Source: Steroidobacteraceae bacterium
GTDB taxonomy: Bacteria > Pseudomonadota > Gammaproteobacteria > Steroidobacterales > Steroidobacteraceae
Length of the DNA: 64,000 nt
Assembly: GCA_044226785.1 (NCBI GenBank)
Contig: JBGAGK010000014.1
Location: 21,061-85,060, forward strand
Reading direction: 5' to 3'
The notes below the pieces were generated by a model. It saw nothing but the letters and a program-made list of their open reading frames with translations, searched no databases and was not told the origin of the DNA. The translations under genes and the position numbers were made by a program. Shown piece after piece: positions 37,918 to 48,966 of this stretch; position 1 is the stretch's first letter, and every line of letters begins with the position of its first letter.

Positions 37918-40026
37918 CTACCCGACCCGACCGTATTGCTCCGCCTGTCCGATCCAGCGTGCGATCAGCGGCGCCACATGCGCCGGCCAGCGCTGCAGCA
38001 GCAGCTGCGCGGCGCGTTGCACCGAGGGCAACAGGTCCGCATCACGCGACAGGTCGGCCACCCGCATCTGCGACAGGCCGGTCTGGCGTGTACCCAGCAG
38101 CTCGCCGGGCCCGCGCAGTTCCAGATCGCGCCGCGCCACCTCGAAGCCGTCACTGGTATCCCGCATCACCGCGAGCCGTTCGCGGGCGAGGGATGACAGG
38201 GGCGAGTGATACAGCAGAACGCAGGTGCTTTCAAATTCACCGCGGCCGACACGCCCGCGCAGCTGATGGAGCTGTGCCAGCCCCATGCGCTCCGCGTTCT
38301 CGATGACCATCAGGCTGGCATTGGGGACATCGACACCCACCTCGATCACGGTGGTTGCCACCAGCAACTGGATGGCGCCGCGCTTGAACTCCTGCATCGT
38401 GCGCTCCTTCGCGGCGCCGGGCATGCGCCCGTGCACGAGGCCTACCCGGAGTTCCGGCAATGCGGCGGCCAGCGTCTGTGCGGTCTCCTCGGCGGCGCTG
38501 TAGGGCATCTCCCCGGATTCGTCGATCAGCGGACATACCCAGTAGGCCTGACGGCCGGCGAGACAGGAACCGTGGATGCGCTGCACGACTTCATCACGGC
38601 GCGATTCGGGCAATGCAATGGTCTTTACCGGCGTGCGGCCCGGCGGCAGTTCATCGATCACCGAGATGTCCAGATCCGCATAGGCCGTCATGGCCAGTGT
38701 CCGGGGAATGGGCGTGGCGGTCATGATGAGCTGATGCGGCTGGCGGCCTTCGGCCGAGCCCTTCTCGCGCAGGGCCAGACGCTGATGCACGCCGAATCGG
38801 TGCTGCTCGTCCACGATGGCCAGGGCAAGGCTGGCGAACTGCACGCCTTCCTGGAACAGCGCGTGCGTGCCGATGACGATGGGCGCATGACCTTCGCGGA
38901 TGCCTTTCTGGAGCGACTGCCTGGCCTTCCCGGTCTGCCGGCCCGTGAGCAGGGCCACGGGTACCGAGAGCGGGGAGAACCAGCGCTGGAAATTCTGCGC
39001 ATGCTGGTCGGCCAGCAGTTCGGTGGGTGCCATCAGCGCAGCCTGTCGGCCGGCCTGCACCACCTGCGCTGCGGCCACGGCAGCGACCAGGGTCTTGCCG
39101 CAGCCGACATCGCCCTGCACCAGGCGCAGCATGGGACGCTCACAGGCGAGGTCCGCATCGATCTGCCCGAGTACACGCCGCTGCGCGCCGGTGAGCGCGA
39201 ACGGAAGCGATGCCAGCAGGCGCGAGGCCAGGGCTCCATCGGAGCCGATGACCCATCCGGGTTCCGACTGGATGCGCTGGCGGAGCTGACGCAGCGAGAG
39301 CTGGTGTGCCAGCAGTTCCTCGAAGGCGAGCCGCCTCTGTGCAGGGTGCCGGCGATTCACCAGCTCATCGACCGGGCAGTTCACCGGCGGCTGATGGACC
39401 AGAAGCAGCGCCTCGTGCAGGGAAGGCAGGTCCGCGCGCTGCAGCAGTTCCGCTGGGAGCCAGTCGCGCAGTTCGTCCGCATTTACCTGCGCCAGCGCGA
39501 GTTTCATCAACATGCGCAGACGCCCCTGGGTCACGCCTTCGGTGGACGGATAGATGGGCGTCAGGCGATCCTCGTTCCCCTCACCGGCAGGTCCTGCGCG
39601 ACGATACTCCGGGTGCACCATCTCGATGCCTGCGTTGCCGCGGCGTGCTTCGCCGAAGCAGCGGATGCGGGTGCCGCGCGTGAGGCCCTGTTGCTGCTGC
39701 GAAGAAAAATGGAAGAACCGCAGGGTGAGCGAGCCTGATCCGTCGGACAGCCTGCTGAGCAACTGGCGGCGGCCGCGGAAGGCCACTTCAGTGAGCTGGA
39801 CCTCGCCTTCCACCGCGGCCCGCATGCCCGGGCGCAGCTCGCCCAGCGGCACGGTGCGGGTGCGATCCTCGTACCGGACGGGCAGCAGAAACAGCAGGTC
39901 GAGCGTGCTGTGGATCCCCAGAGCCGACAGGCGATGAGCGAGAGCCTCGCCGACGCCGCGCAGGCTGGTGATGGGCCGCGGCGCGGGAGTGGCGGCCCCC
40001 TCCCCGTTCACAGTGCGAGGATGCAC
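37918..40026 (-). CDS. recG: ATP-dependent DNA helicase RecG
   Basis: Walker [12 protein letters not shown], the DEQHRFG box, and the wedge-domain N-terminus. 702 aa. Overlaps the ridA 3' end by 19 nt. Confidence 0.95.
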   Translation of the reverse strand: MHPRTVNGEGAATPAPRPITSLRGVGEALAHRLSALGIHSTLDLLFLLPVRYEDRTRTVPLGELRPGMRAAVEGEVQLTEVAFRGRRQLLSRLSDGSGSLTLRFFHFSSQQQQGLTRGTRIRCFGEARRGNAGIEMVHPEYRRAGPAGEGNEDRLTPIYPSTEGVTQGRLRMLMKLALAQVNADELRDWLPAELLQRADLPSLHEALLLVHQPPVNCPVDELVNRRHPAQRRLAFEELLAHQLSLRQLRQRIQSEPGWVIGSDGALASRLLASLPFALTGAQRRVLGQIDADLACERPMLRLVQGDVGCGKTLVAAVAAAQVVQAGRQAALMAPTELLADQHAQNFQRWFSPLSVPVALLTGRQTGKARQSLQKGIREGHAPIVIGTHALFQEGVQFASLALAIVDEQHRFGVHQRLALREKGSAEGRQPHQLIMTATPIPRTLAMTAYADLDISVIDELPPGRTPVKTIALPESRRDEVVQRIHGSCLAGRQAYWVCPLIDESGEMPYSAAEETAQTLAAALPELRVGLVHGRMPGAAKERTMQEFKRGAIQLLVATTVIEVGVDVPNASLMVIENAERMGLAQLHQLRGRVGRGEFESTCVLLYHSPLSSLARERLAVMRDTSDGFEVARRDLELRGPGELLGTRQTGLSQMRVADLSRDADLLPSVQRAAQLLLQRWPAHVAPLIARWIGQAEQYGRVG

Positions 40027-40388
40027 TCCATTTCAACCTGCGCGCCACGCGGCAGCGCTGCGACGCCCACGGCGGCCCGGGCCGGATAGGGTTCGCGGAA
40101 GTACTCGGCCATCACCTTGTTGACCAGTCCGAAGTGTGCGAGGTCCACCAGGAACACCGAGACCTTCACCACATCGTCGAAGCTTGCGCCGGCCGCCTGC
40201 ACGATGGCCTTGAGATTGTCGAGCACGCGGCGGATCTGGGCCTCCATGTCACCCGTCACCAGTTCCTTCGTGACCGGATCCAGCGGAACCTGGCCCGAGA
40301 TCCATATCGTGTTGCCCACGCGTACGGCCTGAGAGTAGGTGCCGATGGCGGCCGGTGCATTTGCCGTGGAAATGATCTGTTTGCTCAT
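40008..40388 (-). CDS. ridA: RidA family reactive-intermediate deaminase
   Basis: [38 protein letters not shown]...[22 protein letters not shown]. The canonical Arg is present. 126 aa. Confidence 0.92.
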   Translation of the reverse strand: MSKQIISTANAPAAIGTYSQAVRVGNTIWISGQVPLDPVTKELVTGDMEAQIRRVLDNLKAIVQAAGASFDDVVKVSVFLVDLAHFGLVNKVMAEYFREPYPARAAVGVAALPRGAQVEMECILAL

Positions 40389-40397
40389 GCGCGCATG

Positions 40398-42566
40398 TTA
40401 ACCGCTTTTGCCGGCGATGGTGCGCGAGACGCGCAGCACGTCGGGCATGCGCCGCACGGTGCGCAGGATCCGGGCGAGCTGCTGGCGGTTGCGCACCTGC
40501 AGTTCGAATCGCAGGGCCGAGCTGTCGCCGTCGCGCTCCAGCAGCGACACGTGATCGATATTGGTAAGGGTGCTGGCGATGCTCGAGGCCACCGCGGCGA
40601 GCACGCCCATGGTGTTCGCGACCTCCACCTTGATCTCGGAGGTGAACAGGCGATCGCCTGAATCCTGCCAGCTCACCGGAATCCACTTTTCCGGATGCTT
40701 GCGATATTCCTCGAGGTTGCCGCAGTTCTGCCGGTGGATGGTCACGCCGCGCCCGGGGCTCAGGTAGGCCATGATGGGATCATCCGGGATGGGGAAGCAG
40801 CAGCGGGCATAGGTGACGAGCAGCCCTTCCGTGCCGGCGATCATCAGCGGTTCCAGCTTCCCCTTCCTGCTTTCCTGGGCCTGAGGCGGCAACAGGCTTC
40901 GCGCCACCAGCGGGGCGAGCCGTTCACCCAGGCCGATCTTCTCGTACAGGTCCTGCACGCTGGCCAGTTTCAGCTCGCTCACCAGCGCATCGATGCGTTC
41001 CGAGGGGATCTTCTTCAGGCTCACCGAGAACTCTTCCATCGCGCGGCCCAGCAGGCGTTTGCCGAGTTCGGCGGCCTCGCCGCGCTTCAAACCCTTCACG
41101 TACTGGCGGATCGCGGCGCGCGCCTTGGCGGTGACGACGAAATTCGCCCAGGCCGGATTCGGCGTGGCACCTTTCGCGGTGATGATCTCGACAGTCTGCC
41201 CGTTGCGCAGCGGCGTGCGCAGCGGCACCAGTCTGCGGTCCACCCTGGCCGCCACGCAGCGATGGCCCACGCCGGTGTGGATGGCGTAGGCGAAGTCCAC
41301 GGCCGTGGCACCGCTGGCGAGTCGAAGTATCTCGCCCTTGGGTGTGAATACGTAGACCTTGTCGGGAAACAGGTCCACCTTGACGCTTTCGAGGAATTCC
41401 TCGGAGGAACCACCCTCCTGGATCTGCACCAGGTTGGCCAGCCACTTTCGCGCCCGATCATGTTCCTCGTCGCCACTGGCGTGCTCTCCTGTCTTGTATT
41501 TCCAGTGCGCCGCGATGCCCGAATCGGCGATGCGATGCATCTCTTCGGTGCGGATCTGGACCTCGATGGGCATGCCGGTCGGACCGAACAGCGTCGTATG
41601 GAGGGATTGATAGCCGTTGATGCGGGGGATGGCGATGTAATCCTTGAAGCGGCCGGGCATCGGCTTGTAAAGACCGTGCACCACGCCCAGTGCCCGATAA
41701 CAGGTGTCACGCGTGTCAACGATGATGCGAAACCCGTACACGTCGACCATCTCGTTGATCGAGATGCCCTTCTTCAGCATCTTGCGGTAGATGCTGTACA
41801 GGTGCTTTTCGCGTCCCTCGACTTCGCCCTGGATCCCGGCCTTCGTGAGCGCGGCGCGGAAGCTCGCGAGAATCCTGCCGACGAACTCCTTCTGGTTGCC
41901 GCGCGCGCGTTTGAGTTCCCGCTCCAGCACCTTGTAGCGGTGCGGATACAGGGCCTGGAAGCCCAGATCCTCGAGTTCCAGCTTGACGTTGTACAGGCCC
42001 AGGCGCTCGGCGATCGGCGCATAGATCTCCAGGGTCTCGCGCGCGGTGCGCCGTCGCTTGACCGGAGGAAGTGCGCCCACCGTGCGCATGTTGTGCATGC
42101 GGTCGGCGAGCTTGACCATGATGACGCGGATGTCGCGCACCATGGCCAGCAGCATCTTGCGGAACGATTCGGCCTGCGCTTCCTGGCGGTTCTTGAACTG
42201 GATCTGGTCCAGCTTGCTGACCCCGTCGACCAGATCGGCCACCGCCTGGCCGAACAGGCCGGCGATCTCGGCCTTGGCGGTCGGCGTATCCTCGATCACA
42301 TCGTGCAGGATTGCGGCACACAAGGTGTCCGCATCCAGATGCAGGTCGGCGAGGATATCGGCCACGGCCACCGGATGGGTGATGTAGGGTTCGCCGGAGA
42401 TGCGCGTCTGGCCGCGGTGCTTCTCCGCACCGAATTCATAGGCCGCCCGAACCTGCTCCACCTGCGCCGGCGGCAGGTAGCCCTCGAGCTTTTCAAGCAG
42501 GTGGTTGATCCCCGTGGTGCGTCGTCCACCCGGCAGGAAGCCCAGGATGGACGAGGCGTAGTTCAT
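40398..42566 (-). CDS. spoT: Bifunctional (p)ppGpp synthetase/hydrolase SpoT
   Basis: HD domain (HPVAVADIL...LHDVIEDT), RelA/SpoT synthetase domain, and TGS and ACT C-terminal regions. 722 aa. Follows rpoZ. Confidence 0.95.
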   Translation of the reverse strand: MNYASSILGFLPGGRRTTGINHLLEKLEGYLPPAQVEQVRAAYEFGAEKHRGQTRISGEPYITHPVAVADILADLHLDADTLCAAILHDVIEDTPTAKAEIAGLFGQAVADLVDGVSKLDQIQFKNRQEAQAESFRKMLLAMVRDIRVIMVKLADRMHNMRTVGALPPVKRRRTARETLEIYAPIAERLGLYNVKLELEDLGFQALYPHRYKVLERELKRARGNQKEFVGRILASFRAALTKAGIQGEVEGREKHLYSIYRKMLKKGISINEMVDVYGFRIIVDTRDTCYRALGVVHGLYKPMPGRFKDYIAIPRINGYQSLHTTLFGPTGMPIEVQIRTEEMHRIADSGIAAHWKYKTGEHASGDEEHDRARKWLANLVQIQEGGSSEEFLESVKVDLFPDKVYVFTPKGEILRLASGATAVDFAYAIHTGVGHRCVAARVDRRLVPLRTPLRNGQTVEIITAKGATPNPAWANFVVTAKARAAIRQYVKGLKRGEAAELGKRLLGRAMEEFSVSLKKIPSERIDALVSELKLASVQDLYEKIGLGERLAPLVARSLLPPQAQESRKGKLEPLMIAGTEGLLVTYARCCFPIPDDPIMAYLSPGRGVTIHRQNCGNLEEYRKHPEKWIPVSWQDSGDRLFTSEIKVEVANTMGVLAAVASSIASTLTNIDHVSLLERDGDSSALRFELQVRNRQQLARILRTVRRMPDVLRVSRTIAGKSG

Positions 42567-42590
42567 GGGGATGGCAGGAAAAGCGGTGAA

Positions 42591-42869
42591 TCAGTCCCCG
42601 AGACCCAGCTGCGGTGCCCGGAAATCGGATGGGATGTCCATCTCGCTGACCGGCTGTTCGACGATCTCCTCGGGTTCGTCCATCAGGGCGGAAGTCACGG
42701 TACCGGCTGCGATCTCGCGCAGCGCGACCACCGTGGCCTTGTCGTTCTCCCATTCGACCGTGGGCTCGGCACCGTTGGCGAGGCGCCGTGCCCGCCTGGC
42801 CGCCAGCAGCACCAGATTGAACAGGTTGGGTTCGTTTTGCAGACAGTCTTCGACGGTGATTCGGGCCAC
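42591..42869 (-). CDS. rpoZ: DNA-directed RNA polymerase subunit omega
   Basis: GTG start gives [30 protein letters not shown] (92 aa). The rest of the track ORF upstream of this start is not part of the gene. Confidence 0.9.
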   Translation of the reverse strand: MARITVEDCLQNEPNLFNLVLLAARRARRLANGAEPTVEWENDKATVVALREIAAGTVTSALMDEPEEIVEQPVSEMDIPSDFRAPQLGLGD

Positions 42870-42918
42870 GGCTGGATTCTCGGTAAAGGGTTGAAAATGG
42901 TAGCAGAAAGGCCCGTCC

Positions 42919-43536
42919 TCAGGCCAGCAGGCGTGCCGCCAGGCCGGCGATCGCGGGCGTCCGGGGCGAACTGGCCACAGGACGGCCCATGACGATGTCC
43001 TCGAGCCGGTCCAGGGCCTCCTCGAACCGGTCGTTGACGATGACGTGGTCGAACTCATGCCAGTGCGACAGTTCGGTCACTGAATCCTCCAGCCGCCGGC
43101 GGATGACCTCGTCCGAATCGGTGCGGCGGGCACGGAGCCTGTCTTCCAGGGCTGCCCTGGAGGGTGGCAGGATGAAAATGCTGCATTTTTCTGGCAATTT
43201 CCGGCTTACCTGGCGAGCTCCCTGCCAGTCGATCTCGAGCACCAGATCCTGCCCGGCGGCCAGCGCATCGTTCACCGCCGTGAGGCCGGTGCCATACGCG
43301 TTGTCGAACACCCGGGCGTATTCCAGGAACTCGCCGGCATCCACCATGCGCTGGAACTGCTCGCGGGACACGAAGTGATAATCACGGCCATCGACCTCGT
43401 TGGGCCGGGGCGGGCGGGTGGTGTAGGAGACGGAGAAGCGCAGCCGGGGCTGCCTGTCCATCAGCGCCCTGACGAGGCTGGTCTTGCCCGTTCCGGAAGG
43501 GGCAGCGATGACGAACAGCCGGCCGCGTTGGGTCAT
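42919..43536 (-). CDS. gmk: Guanylate kinase
   Basis: P-loop [13 protein letters not shown] and [20 protein letters not shown]. Start at [10 protein letters not shown]. Confidence 0.95.
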   Translation of the reverse strand: MTQRGRLFVIAAPSGTGKTSLVRALMDRQPRLRFSVSYTTRPPRPNEVDGRDYHFVSREQFQRMVDAGEFLEYARVFDNAYGTGLTAVNDALAAGQDLVLEIDWQGARQVSRKLPEKCSIFILPPSRAALEDRLRARRTDSDEVIRRRLEDSVTELSHWHEFDHVIVNDRFEEALDRLEDIVMGRPVASSPRTPAIAGLAARLLA

Positions 43537-43699
43537 ATACGCGAAGTCTAATGGAATCGGCGGCACCCGGTCCTGCGCACCGGGTCGAGGGGCCCGGACC
43601 GGGCAGACAGTGCGGGGTGAGGCCCGATGACCCCTTGCTACGGCGACACCTGCCGGTCAATATCGACTTTCGCCGATGCCCCGTCCAGGAGCCTGCCGC

Positions 43700-46021
43700 A
43701 TGATTCCCTATCTTCGTTCCCGTTCCTCCAGCATGCCGACAGAGCCGGGCAATCAGCTCGCCGATGCGTCGCGCCGCCAGGTCCTGCAGCTGCTGAGCGC
43801 CGGTGGCCTCGTGCTGGTCGCCGGGGTTCCGGGCGTCAGCCGCGTGGACGCGGCGCAACCCCGGAAAGCCGGTTCCGCCTGGTCGCCCATGGTGTACGTG
43901 TCCATCGAACCTTCGGGTCTCGTCACCATCATCTGTCACCGTTCGGAAATGGGGCAGGGGATCCGTTCCACCATTCCCTACATCATCGCGGACGAGCTGG
44001 AGGCCGATTTCGCGCGATGCCGGCTGCAGCAGGCCGATGGCGATGAAAAGTACGGCTCGCAGAACACCGACGGCTCCACCAGCATCCGGGATTTCCTGCC
44101 GCAATATCGCGAGACCGGCGCCACCTTGCGCCTGCTTCTGGAACAGGCCGCGGCGAAGCACTGGGGCGTGGAGTTGGGCAGCGTACGGGCGCAGCAACAT
44201 CACGTCGTTCATGGCGCCAGTGGCAGGAGCCTGCCCTATGGTGCGCTGGTGGCCACGGCCCGCAAGTTGCCGATGCCTGCGAAAGGCACGGTGCGCTTCA
44301 AGGCACCTGCGGAGCGTCGCTGGCAGGGCAAGGCCATGCCTTCGCTCGATCTCGCCGACATGATCGTCGGCACGGCGGTCTACGGTGCCGACAAGCGCCT
44401 GCCCGGCATGCTGACCGCAGCCATTGCACGGCCTCCGGTGTGGGGCGGGACGGTTGCCTCGCTGGATGAGAGCGCCGCACTGCAGGTGCCGGGTGTCAGG
44501 CGCGTGGTGCGGGTACCTTCCTCGCCGCTGCCGGGAGGGTTCCTGCCCATGGGAGGCGTGGCCGTGGTGGCCACCAACACCTGGGCGGCGATCAAGGGTC
44601 GGGATGCCCTGCGCATCAGCTGGAATGACGGGCCCAACGCGGCCTACGATTCAAAGGCCTACCGGCAGACCCTGCAGAAATCGGTGCAGGGTGATGGCAA
44701 GGCGGGGCGCAGCGTGGGCGATGCGCGGCATGCGCTGTCAGGCGCGGCGCGCACGCTTGCGGCCGAGTACTACATGCCGCATCTGTCGCATGCGCAGATG
44801 GAACCGCTGGCGGCCGTGGCCACTGCATCGGGCGGCAGGATCGAAGCCTGGGCTCCCACACAATCCCCGATGGATGCCCGCAAGAGCATCGCCGAGTACC
44901 TGAAGACGGATGTTTCGAAGGTCACGGTGCACGTGACCCTGCTGGGAGGGGCCTTCGGGCGCAAGTCCAAGCCCGATTTCATCTGCGAGGCGGCATGGCT
45001 TGCGCGCGAGCTGGGTGCGCCGGTGCGCGTGCAGTGGACGCGCGAGGACGACATGCAGCACGACTACTACCACTCCGTGTCGGTCCAGCGCCTCGAGGCC
45101 GGGTTCGATGCATCCGGCAAGGTGATCGCATGGCGCCACCGCCTGGCGTTCCCGTCGATTTCCGCGACGTTTGCTCCCGGCGTGGAAGGCCCGGAACCGG
45201 ATGAACTGGCCAACGGCGCCAGCGACATCCCCTTCGCGATTCCGAACATCAGCGTGGAGGCCTGCCCGGCGCTGGCGCAGGTGCGCATCGGCTGGTACCG
45301 CTCGGTGTATGCCAACCACATCTGCGTTGCCATCGGCTCGTTCGTCGACGAACTCGCCCATGCGCAAAAACGCGATCCGCTGGAATTCTGGCTGGAATTG
45401 CTGGGGACCGACCGGCGTGTGGACCTGTCCAGGGCGGGGCTGGTGGCGCCGGCAAGCAATTACGGCGCCAACTGGATCGATTATCCGCTCGACACCGGGC
45501 GCGCCCGGCATGTCCTCCAGCTGGCAGCGGAAAAATCAGGCTGGGGATCGCCACTGCCGAAGGGGCGGGGGCGTGGCATCGCCATGATGCGCAGCTTCCT
45601 GAGCTACGTGGCCATGGTGGTCGAAGTCGAGGTGCAGGACGATGGCACCGTGCGGGTGCCGCGCGCCACGGCAGCACTGGACGCGGGCTTCATCGCCAAT
45701 CCGGGGCGTGCGCGTGCACAGATGGAAGGCGCGATCGTGATGGCCATGAGCAATGTCCTGTACAGCGGCATCACCTTCGCGCGCGGCCGGGTCGAACAGG
45801 GCAACTACAACGACTACGAGGTGACGCACATTCCCGCGGCGCCGTATGCAGTGGACGTGCACCTCGTTGAAAGCGAGGGCATGCCCGGTGGCATCGGCGA
45901 GCCGGGCGTACCCGCCGCGGAACCAGCGCTGGTGAATGCCATCTTCGCGGCCACGGGCGTGCGCGTGCGCGAGTTTCCGGTTGCGCAGCAGCTCGCGGGC
46001 TGGCGCCAGCGAAAGGCCTGA
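43700..46021 (+). CDS. Molybdopterin-binding large subunit of an IorB / aldehyde-oxidase-type oxidoreductase, with a Tat signal
   Basis: Twin-arginine motif ASRRQVLQLLSAGGLVLVAG. Xanthine dehydrogenase family features include ICHRSEMGQGIRSTIP. AGGAG lies 8 nt upstream of the ATG. No adjacent 2Fe-2S subunit gene. Confidence 0.8.
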   Translation: MIPYLRSRSSSMPTEPGNQLADASRRQVLQLLSAGGLVLVAGVPGVSRVDAAQPRKAGSAWSPMVYVSIEPSGLVTIICHRSEMGQGIRSTIPYIIADELEADFARCRLQQADGDEKYGSQNTDGSTSIRDFLPQYRETGATLRLLLEQAAAKHWGVELGSVRAQQHHVVHGASGRSLPYGALVATARKLPMPAKGTVRFKAPAERRWQGKAMPSLDLADMIVGTAVYGADKRLPGMLTAAIARPPVWGGTVASLDESAALQVPGVRRVVRVPSSPLPGGFLPMGGVAVVATNTWAAIKGRDALRISWNDGPNAAYDSKAYRQTLQKSVQGDGKAGRSVGDARHALSGAARTLAAEYYMPHLSHAQMEPLAAVATASGGRIEAWAPTQSPMDARKSIAEYLKTDVSKVTVHVTLLGGAFGRKSKPDFICEAAWLARELGAPVRVQWTREDDMQHDYYHSVSVQRLEAGFDASGKVIAWRHRLAFPSISATFAPGVEGPEPDELANGASDIPFAIPNISVEACPALAQVRIGWYRSVYANHICVAIGSFVDELAHAQKRDPLEFWLELLGTDRRVDLSRAGLVAPASNYGANWIDYPLDTGRARHVLQLAAEKSGWGSPLPKGRGRGIAMMRSFLSYVAMVVEVEVQDDGTVRVPRATAALDAGFIANPGRARAQMEGAIVMAMSNVLYSGITFARGRVEQGNYNDYEVTHIPAAPYAVDVHLVESEGMPGGIGEPGVPAAEPALVNAIFAATGVRVREFPVAQQLAGWRQRKA

Positions 46022-46086
46022 GAACGCAAATACCGATACCGAAGGTCGGCAGCGATGTCCGGGCGGACCGGATCTGAAGCCCGGCA

Positions 46087-47457
46087 ATGTTGCAGCGATT
46101 TCACCTGACTGAACTCCTGGTGATGCTCGCCACGGTGTTTCAGTGGCTGGTGTTGTCCATATTCACGGGTGCCCTGGTCGGTCTGGGCTGTACGCTGTTC
46201 CTGCGTGCATTGCTTGTGAGCGAGGGCCGTCTGTATGCATCGCCGTGGTGGCTGCTCGCCCTGAGCCTGCCGCTGGCCGGATTCGCCAACGGACTGCTGC
46301 TGCACTACGGATACCGGCTGAGCCGCAGCGGTTACTCGGACAGCCCCATCGTCGCGGTCAACGAGCAGCATGGGCGCATGCCGTTCCGCACGCTGTGGAT
46401 CAAGCCGCTGGCAGCCCTGATCACCCTCGCCTGTGGTGGTTCCGCGGGCAAGGAAGGACCATGCTCCCACATCGGTGCGAGCTTCGCCGCCGGCATCGGC
46501 CGCGTGCTTCACCTCAATCCGGAAATGCGAAAACGCCTGCTCGCATGTGGGGTCAGCGCCGGGTTCTCGAGTGTTTTCGGCACGCCGATCGCCGGCGCCA
46601 TCTACGGGGTCGAGATGCTCGCCATCGGCCGTATCCGTCACGACTTCCTGTTCCCCGGGGTTGTTGCGGGCGTGACCGCTTTCGAAGTCTCGCGGCACCT
46701 CGGCGTGCCCTATCCGGCCTACCACATCGCCTTCGTCAGCAACTTCACCGAACTCCTGTTCCTCAAGACGGTGCTGATCGGCATCCTGTGTGGGGCGGTG
46801 GCCTGGACGTTCGTCGAACTGCTGCGCGGCTCAAATCTCCTCTTTGACCGGATCCGGCGCGAATACGCACTGTGGCCACCGCTGGTGCCGCTGATCGGGG
46901 GCTGTGTGCTCGCGATTCTCGTGGCCGTGCTGCCGAGGCAATATATCGGCCTGAGTCTGCCGGCGATGGAAGCCGCACTTTCGGGTCAGACCATGCCCCA
47001 TCTGGGCTTCCTGTGGAAGGCGCTCCTCGTCGCGGTCACGCTCGGCTCGGGATTCTACGGCGGCATCGTGACACCACAGTTCGTGATCGGCGCCATTGCC
47101 GGAAGTGCCTTCGCGCCGCTGTTCGGACTGCAACCGGCTCTGGGCGCGGCAGTGGGTCTGGTGGCCGTCGTGGCCGCCGCCTCGAACGCACCGATTGCCG
47201 CCATCCTGATGGGCGTGGAACTGTTCGGCGCGGATTCGATGCTGCACGTGACCGGCGCCTGCGTCGCGGCATACCTGATCATCGGGCATCGCAGCGTGTA
47301 TCCCGAACAACAGATCGCCTTCAGCAAGTCTTCGTGGATCTTCGCGCACGCCGGGCTGCCGGTCGGGCAGGAGAAAGTGCGTCTGTCCTATGGCCTGATG
47401 CGCTGGTGGCACATGCGGCGCAGGCGCATCCGCAGCTCCCGTCGTCCGGGGACCTGA
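46087..47457 (+). CDS. ClC family voltage-gated chloride channel / H+-Cl- antiporter
   Basis: Selectivity-filter-like motifs GGSAGKEGP and GFYGGIVTP. About 10-12 TM segments. Confidence 0.85.
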   Translation: MLQRFHLTELLVMLATVFQWLVLSIFTGALVGLGCTLFLRALLVSEGRLYASPWWLLALSLPLAGFANGLLLHYGYRLSRSGYSDSPIVAVNEQHGRMPFRTLWIKPLAALITLACGGSAGKEGPCSHIGASFAAGIGRVLHLNPEMRKRLLACGVSAGFSSVFGTPIAGAIYGVEMLAIGRIRHDFLFPGVVAGVTAFEVSRHLGVPYPAYHIAFVSNFTELLFLKTVLIGILCGAVAWTFVELLRGSNLLFDRIRREYALWPPLVPLIGGCVLAILVAVLPRQYIGLSLPAMEAALSGQTMPHLGFLWKALLVAVTLGSGFYGGIVTPQFVIGAIAGSAFAPLFGLQPALGAAVGLVAVVAAASNAPIAAILMGVELFGADSMLHVTGACVAAYLIIGHRSVYPEQQIAFSKSSWIFAHAGLPVGQEKVRLSYGLMRWWHMRRRRIRSSRRPGT

Positions 47458-47466
47458 ATCGCAGCA

Positions 47467-47486
47467 GGCGCGCGAGACTGCGCGCC
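47467..47486. terminator. GC-rich hairpin (GGCGCGC-gagact-GCGCGCC) between convergent genes
   Basis: Perfect 7-bp stem with a 6-nt loop, read from the sequence, between the ClC stop (47457) and the M20 stop (47493). No U-tract, so function is uncertain. Confidence 0.3.
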
Positions 47487-47492
47487 GATCGC

Positions 47493-48887
47493 CTACTTCG
47501 TCAGCTCGGTCAGCAGCGCGTGCCAGTAGTCGAGCGCTGCGGGCACCTCGGCGGCCGGGAGCCGCTCGTTGAGGCCGTGGGCGAAGGTGTCGTTGGTCTT
47601 GGCGAACAACGGCGCGACGCCGTAGCTCGGGACACCAGCATTGCGGAAGAACATGCTGTCGGTCGCGCCCGAAGACATGCCGGGCACCACATCCACATTG
47701 GGGAAGCGCGCGTGGATGGCGCGGGTCACCGCGGCCATCACGTCCTTGCGCAGCGGCGAGGCGGGGCTGATGACCGGCGGTGGCGGCTGCACGGTGATCT
47801 TCACGGACGGATCGTTGATTTCCCGGCCAAGAGTTTCCTGCACCGAGGCAATCGGCGTGCCCGGGAAGATGCGGCAGTTGATGTTGGCGGTTGCACGTTG
47901 CGGCAGGGCGTTGAGCGCATGGCCGCCTTCGAGCATGGTGGCGACACAGGTAGTACGGATCTGACCGGTGTAGGCCGGATCCGCCGAAATCGTGGCGGCG
48001 GCTTTGGCATCGCTTGGGTTCGCCGCAAACTTGCGCATGGCCTCGGCCAGCGGCCCCTTGCCGTGATCACCGGTCGCCTTGAGCGAGGCCAGCGTGATCT
48101 CGTTGTGCATGACCGGGAACTGATACGCGGCCACGCGATCCAGCGCCTTGGCCAGGCGGTAGATGGCATTGTGCGGCGGATTCGGCTCGCTCGAATGTCC
48201 GCCTGGCGAGGTCACGGTGAGCAGGAAATCGGCATAGGATTTCTCGGCAGCCTGCACCTCGAACACGATGGGCTTCATGTCGGCATCGTAGGTGCCGCCG
48301 CCCGCGTCGGCATTGAGCAGGAATTCGGCATCGTGATAGCGCTTGGCCAGCTCGCGCGTGGACGCCATGGTTGTTTCCTCGTCCCCCGAAAACACGAGGA
48401 TCATGCCCCGGCGCGGCACGTAACCTGCGCGCTTGAAGCGCATCATGGTTTCGACCAGGTTGATCACGCCGGTTTTCATGTCGGCAACGCCCCGACCGTA
48501 GAGATAGCCGTTTTCCTCGATGAGCTTGAACGGATCGCGCTGCCAGTCCGCCGGATTCGCAGCGACCACGTCCATGTGCGCGGATAGCAGGATCGGCTTC
48601 AGATTCCTGTCGCTGCCGCGATAGTGCGCGACCAGGGCGGCGGTGTTCCCGACCGGGATGATCTCGATATCGGACTTGGCAAAACCGGCTGATTCGAGCT
48701 TGCCGGCCAGATACTGCGCGAACACCTGCACCTGGCCCTTGCCTTCCACAGACTGTGTGGCGATGGCGTGACGCAGCATGTCCATCGTCTCGGGCATCGC
48801 CTGGGCGCTGGTCTCGGCGTGTGCAGATGCCGCGACAGCGAAGGCGAGGGAAATGCACAGCGACGGGCACAGGTGTGAGGTGGACAT
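47493..48887 (-). CDS. Secreted M20 family metallopeptidase (paralog of 4553..5968)
   Basis: Signal peptide MSTSHLCPSLCISLAFAVAASAHA. Motifs LLSAHMDVV, GRGVADMKTG, FSGDEETT. Confidence 0.85.
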   Translation of the reverse strand: MSTSHLCPSLCISLAFAVAASAHAETSAQAMPETMDMLRHAIATQSVEGKGQVQVFAQYLAGKLESAGFAKSDIEIIPVGNTAALVAHYRGSDRNLKPILLSAHMDVVAANPADWQRDPFKLIEENGYLYGRGVADMKTGVINLVETMMRFKRAGYVPRRGMILVFSGDEETTMASTRELAKRYHDAEFLLNADAGGGTYDADMKPIVFEVQAAEKSYADFLLTVTSPGGHSSEPNPPHNAIYRLAKALDRVAAYQFPVMHNEITLASLKATGDHGKGPLAEAMRKFAANPSDAKAAATISADPAYTGQIRTTCVATMLEGGHALNALPQRATANINCRIFPGTPIASVQETLGREINDPSVKITVQPPPPVISPASPLRKDVMAAVTRAIHARFPNVDVVPGMSSGATDSMFFRNAGVPSYGVAPLFAKTNDTFAHGLNERLPAAEVPAALDYWHALLTELTK

Positions 48888-48966
48888 GGCAGGGCTCCGA
48901 TGAAGGACAGGGCGGGGAAGTATAACGAAGACCCGGGTGATGGTGGTGATGTGCGCCTGGCGCACG

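Noticed and set aside
36269-38209. 646-aa ORF on the plus strand, plus other long plus-strand ORFs over ubiA/ubiC/recG (e.g. 38206..39738)
   Set aside because: They are antisense to the ubiA, ubiC and recG genes and show low-complexity Arg/Gly/Gln/His composition.
40695-42992. 765-aa ORF on the plus strand
   Set aside because: Antisense to spoT and rpoZ. Arg/Gly/Asp/His-rich with no motifs. High-GC artefact.
43537-43699. Molybdenum-cofactor riboswitch upstream of the Moco enzyme gene
   Set aside because: The location is attractive and an inverted repeat is present. However, I cannot match the conserved Moco RNA motif from memory, and the region is short. It is left as a check, not a claim.
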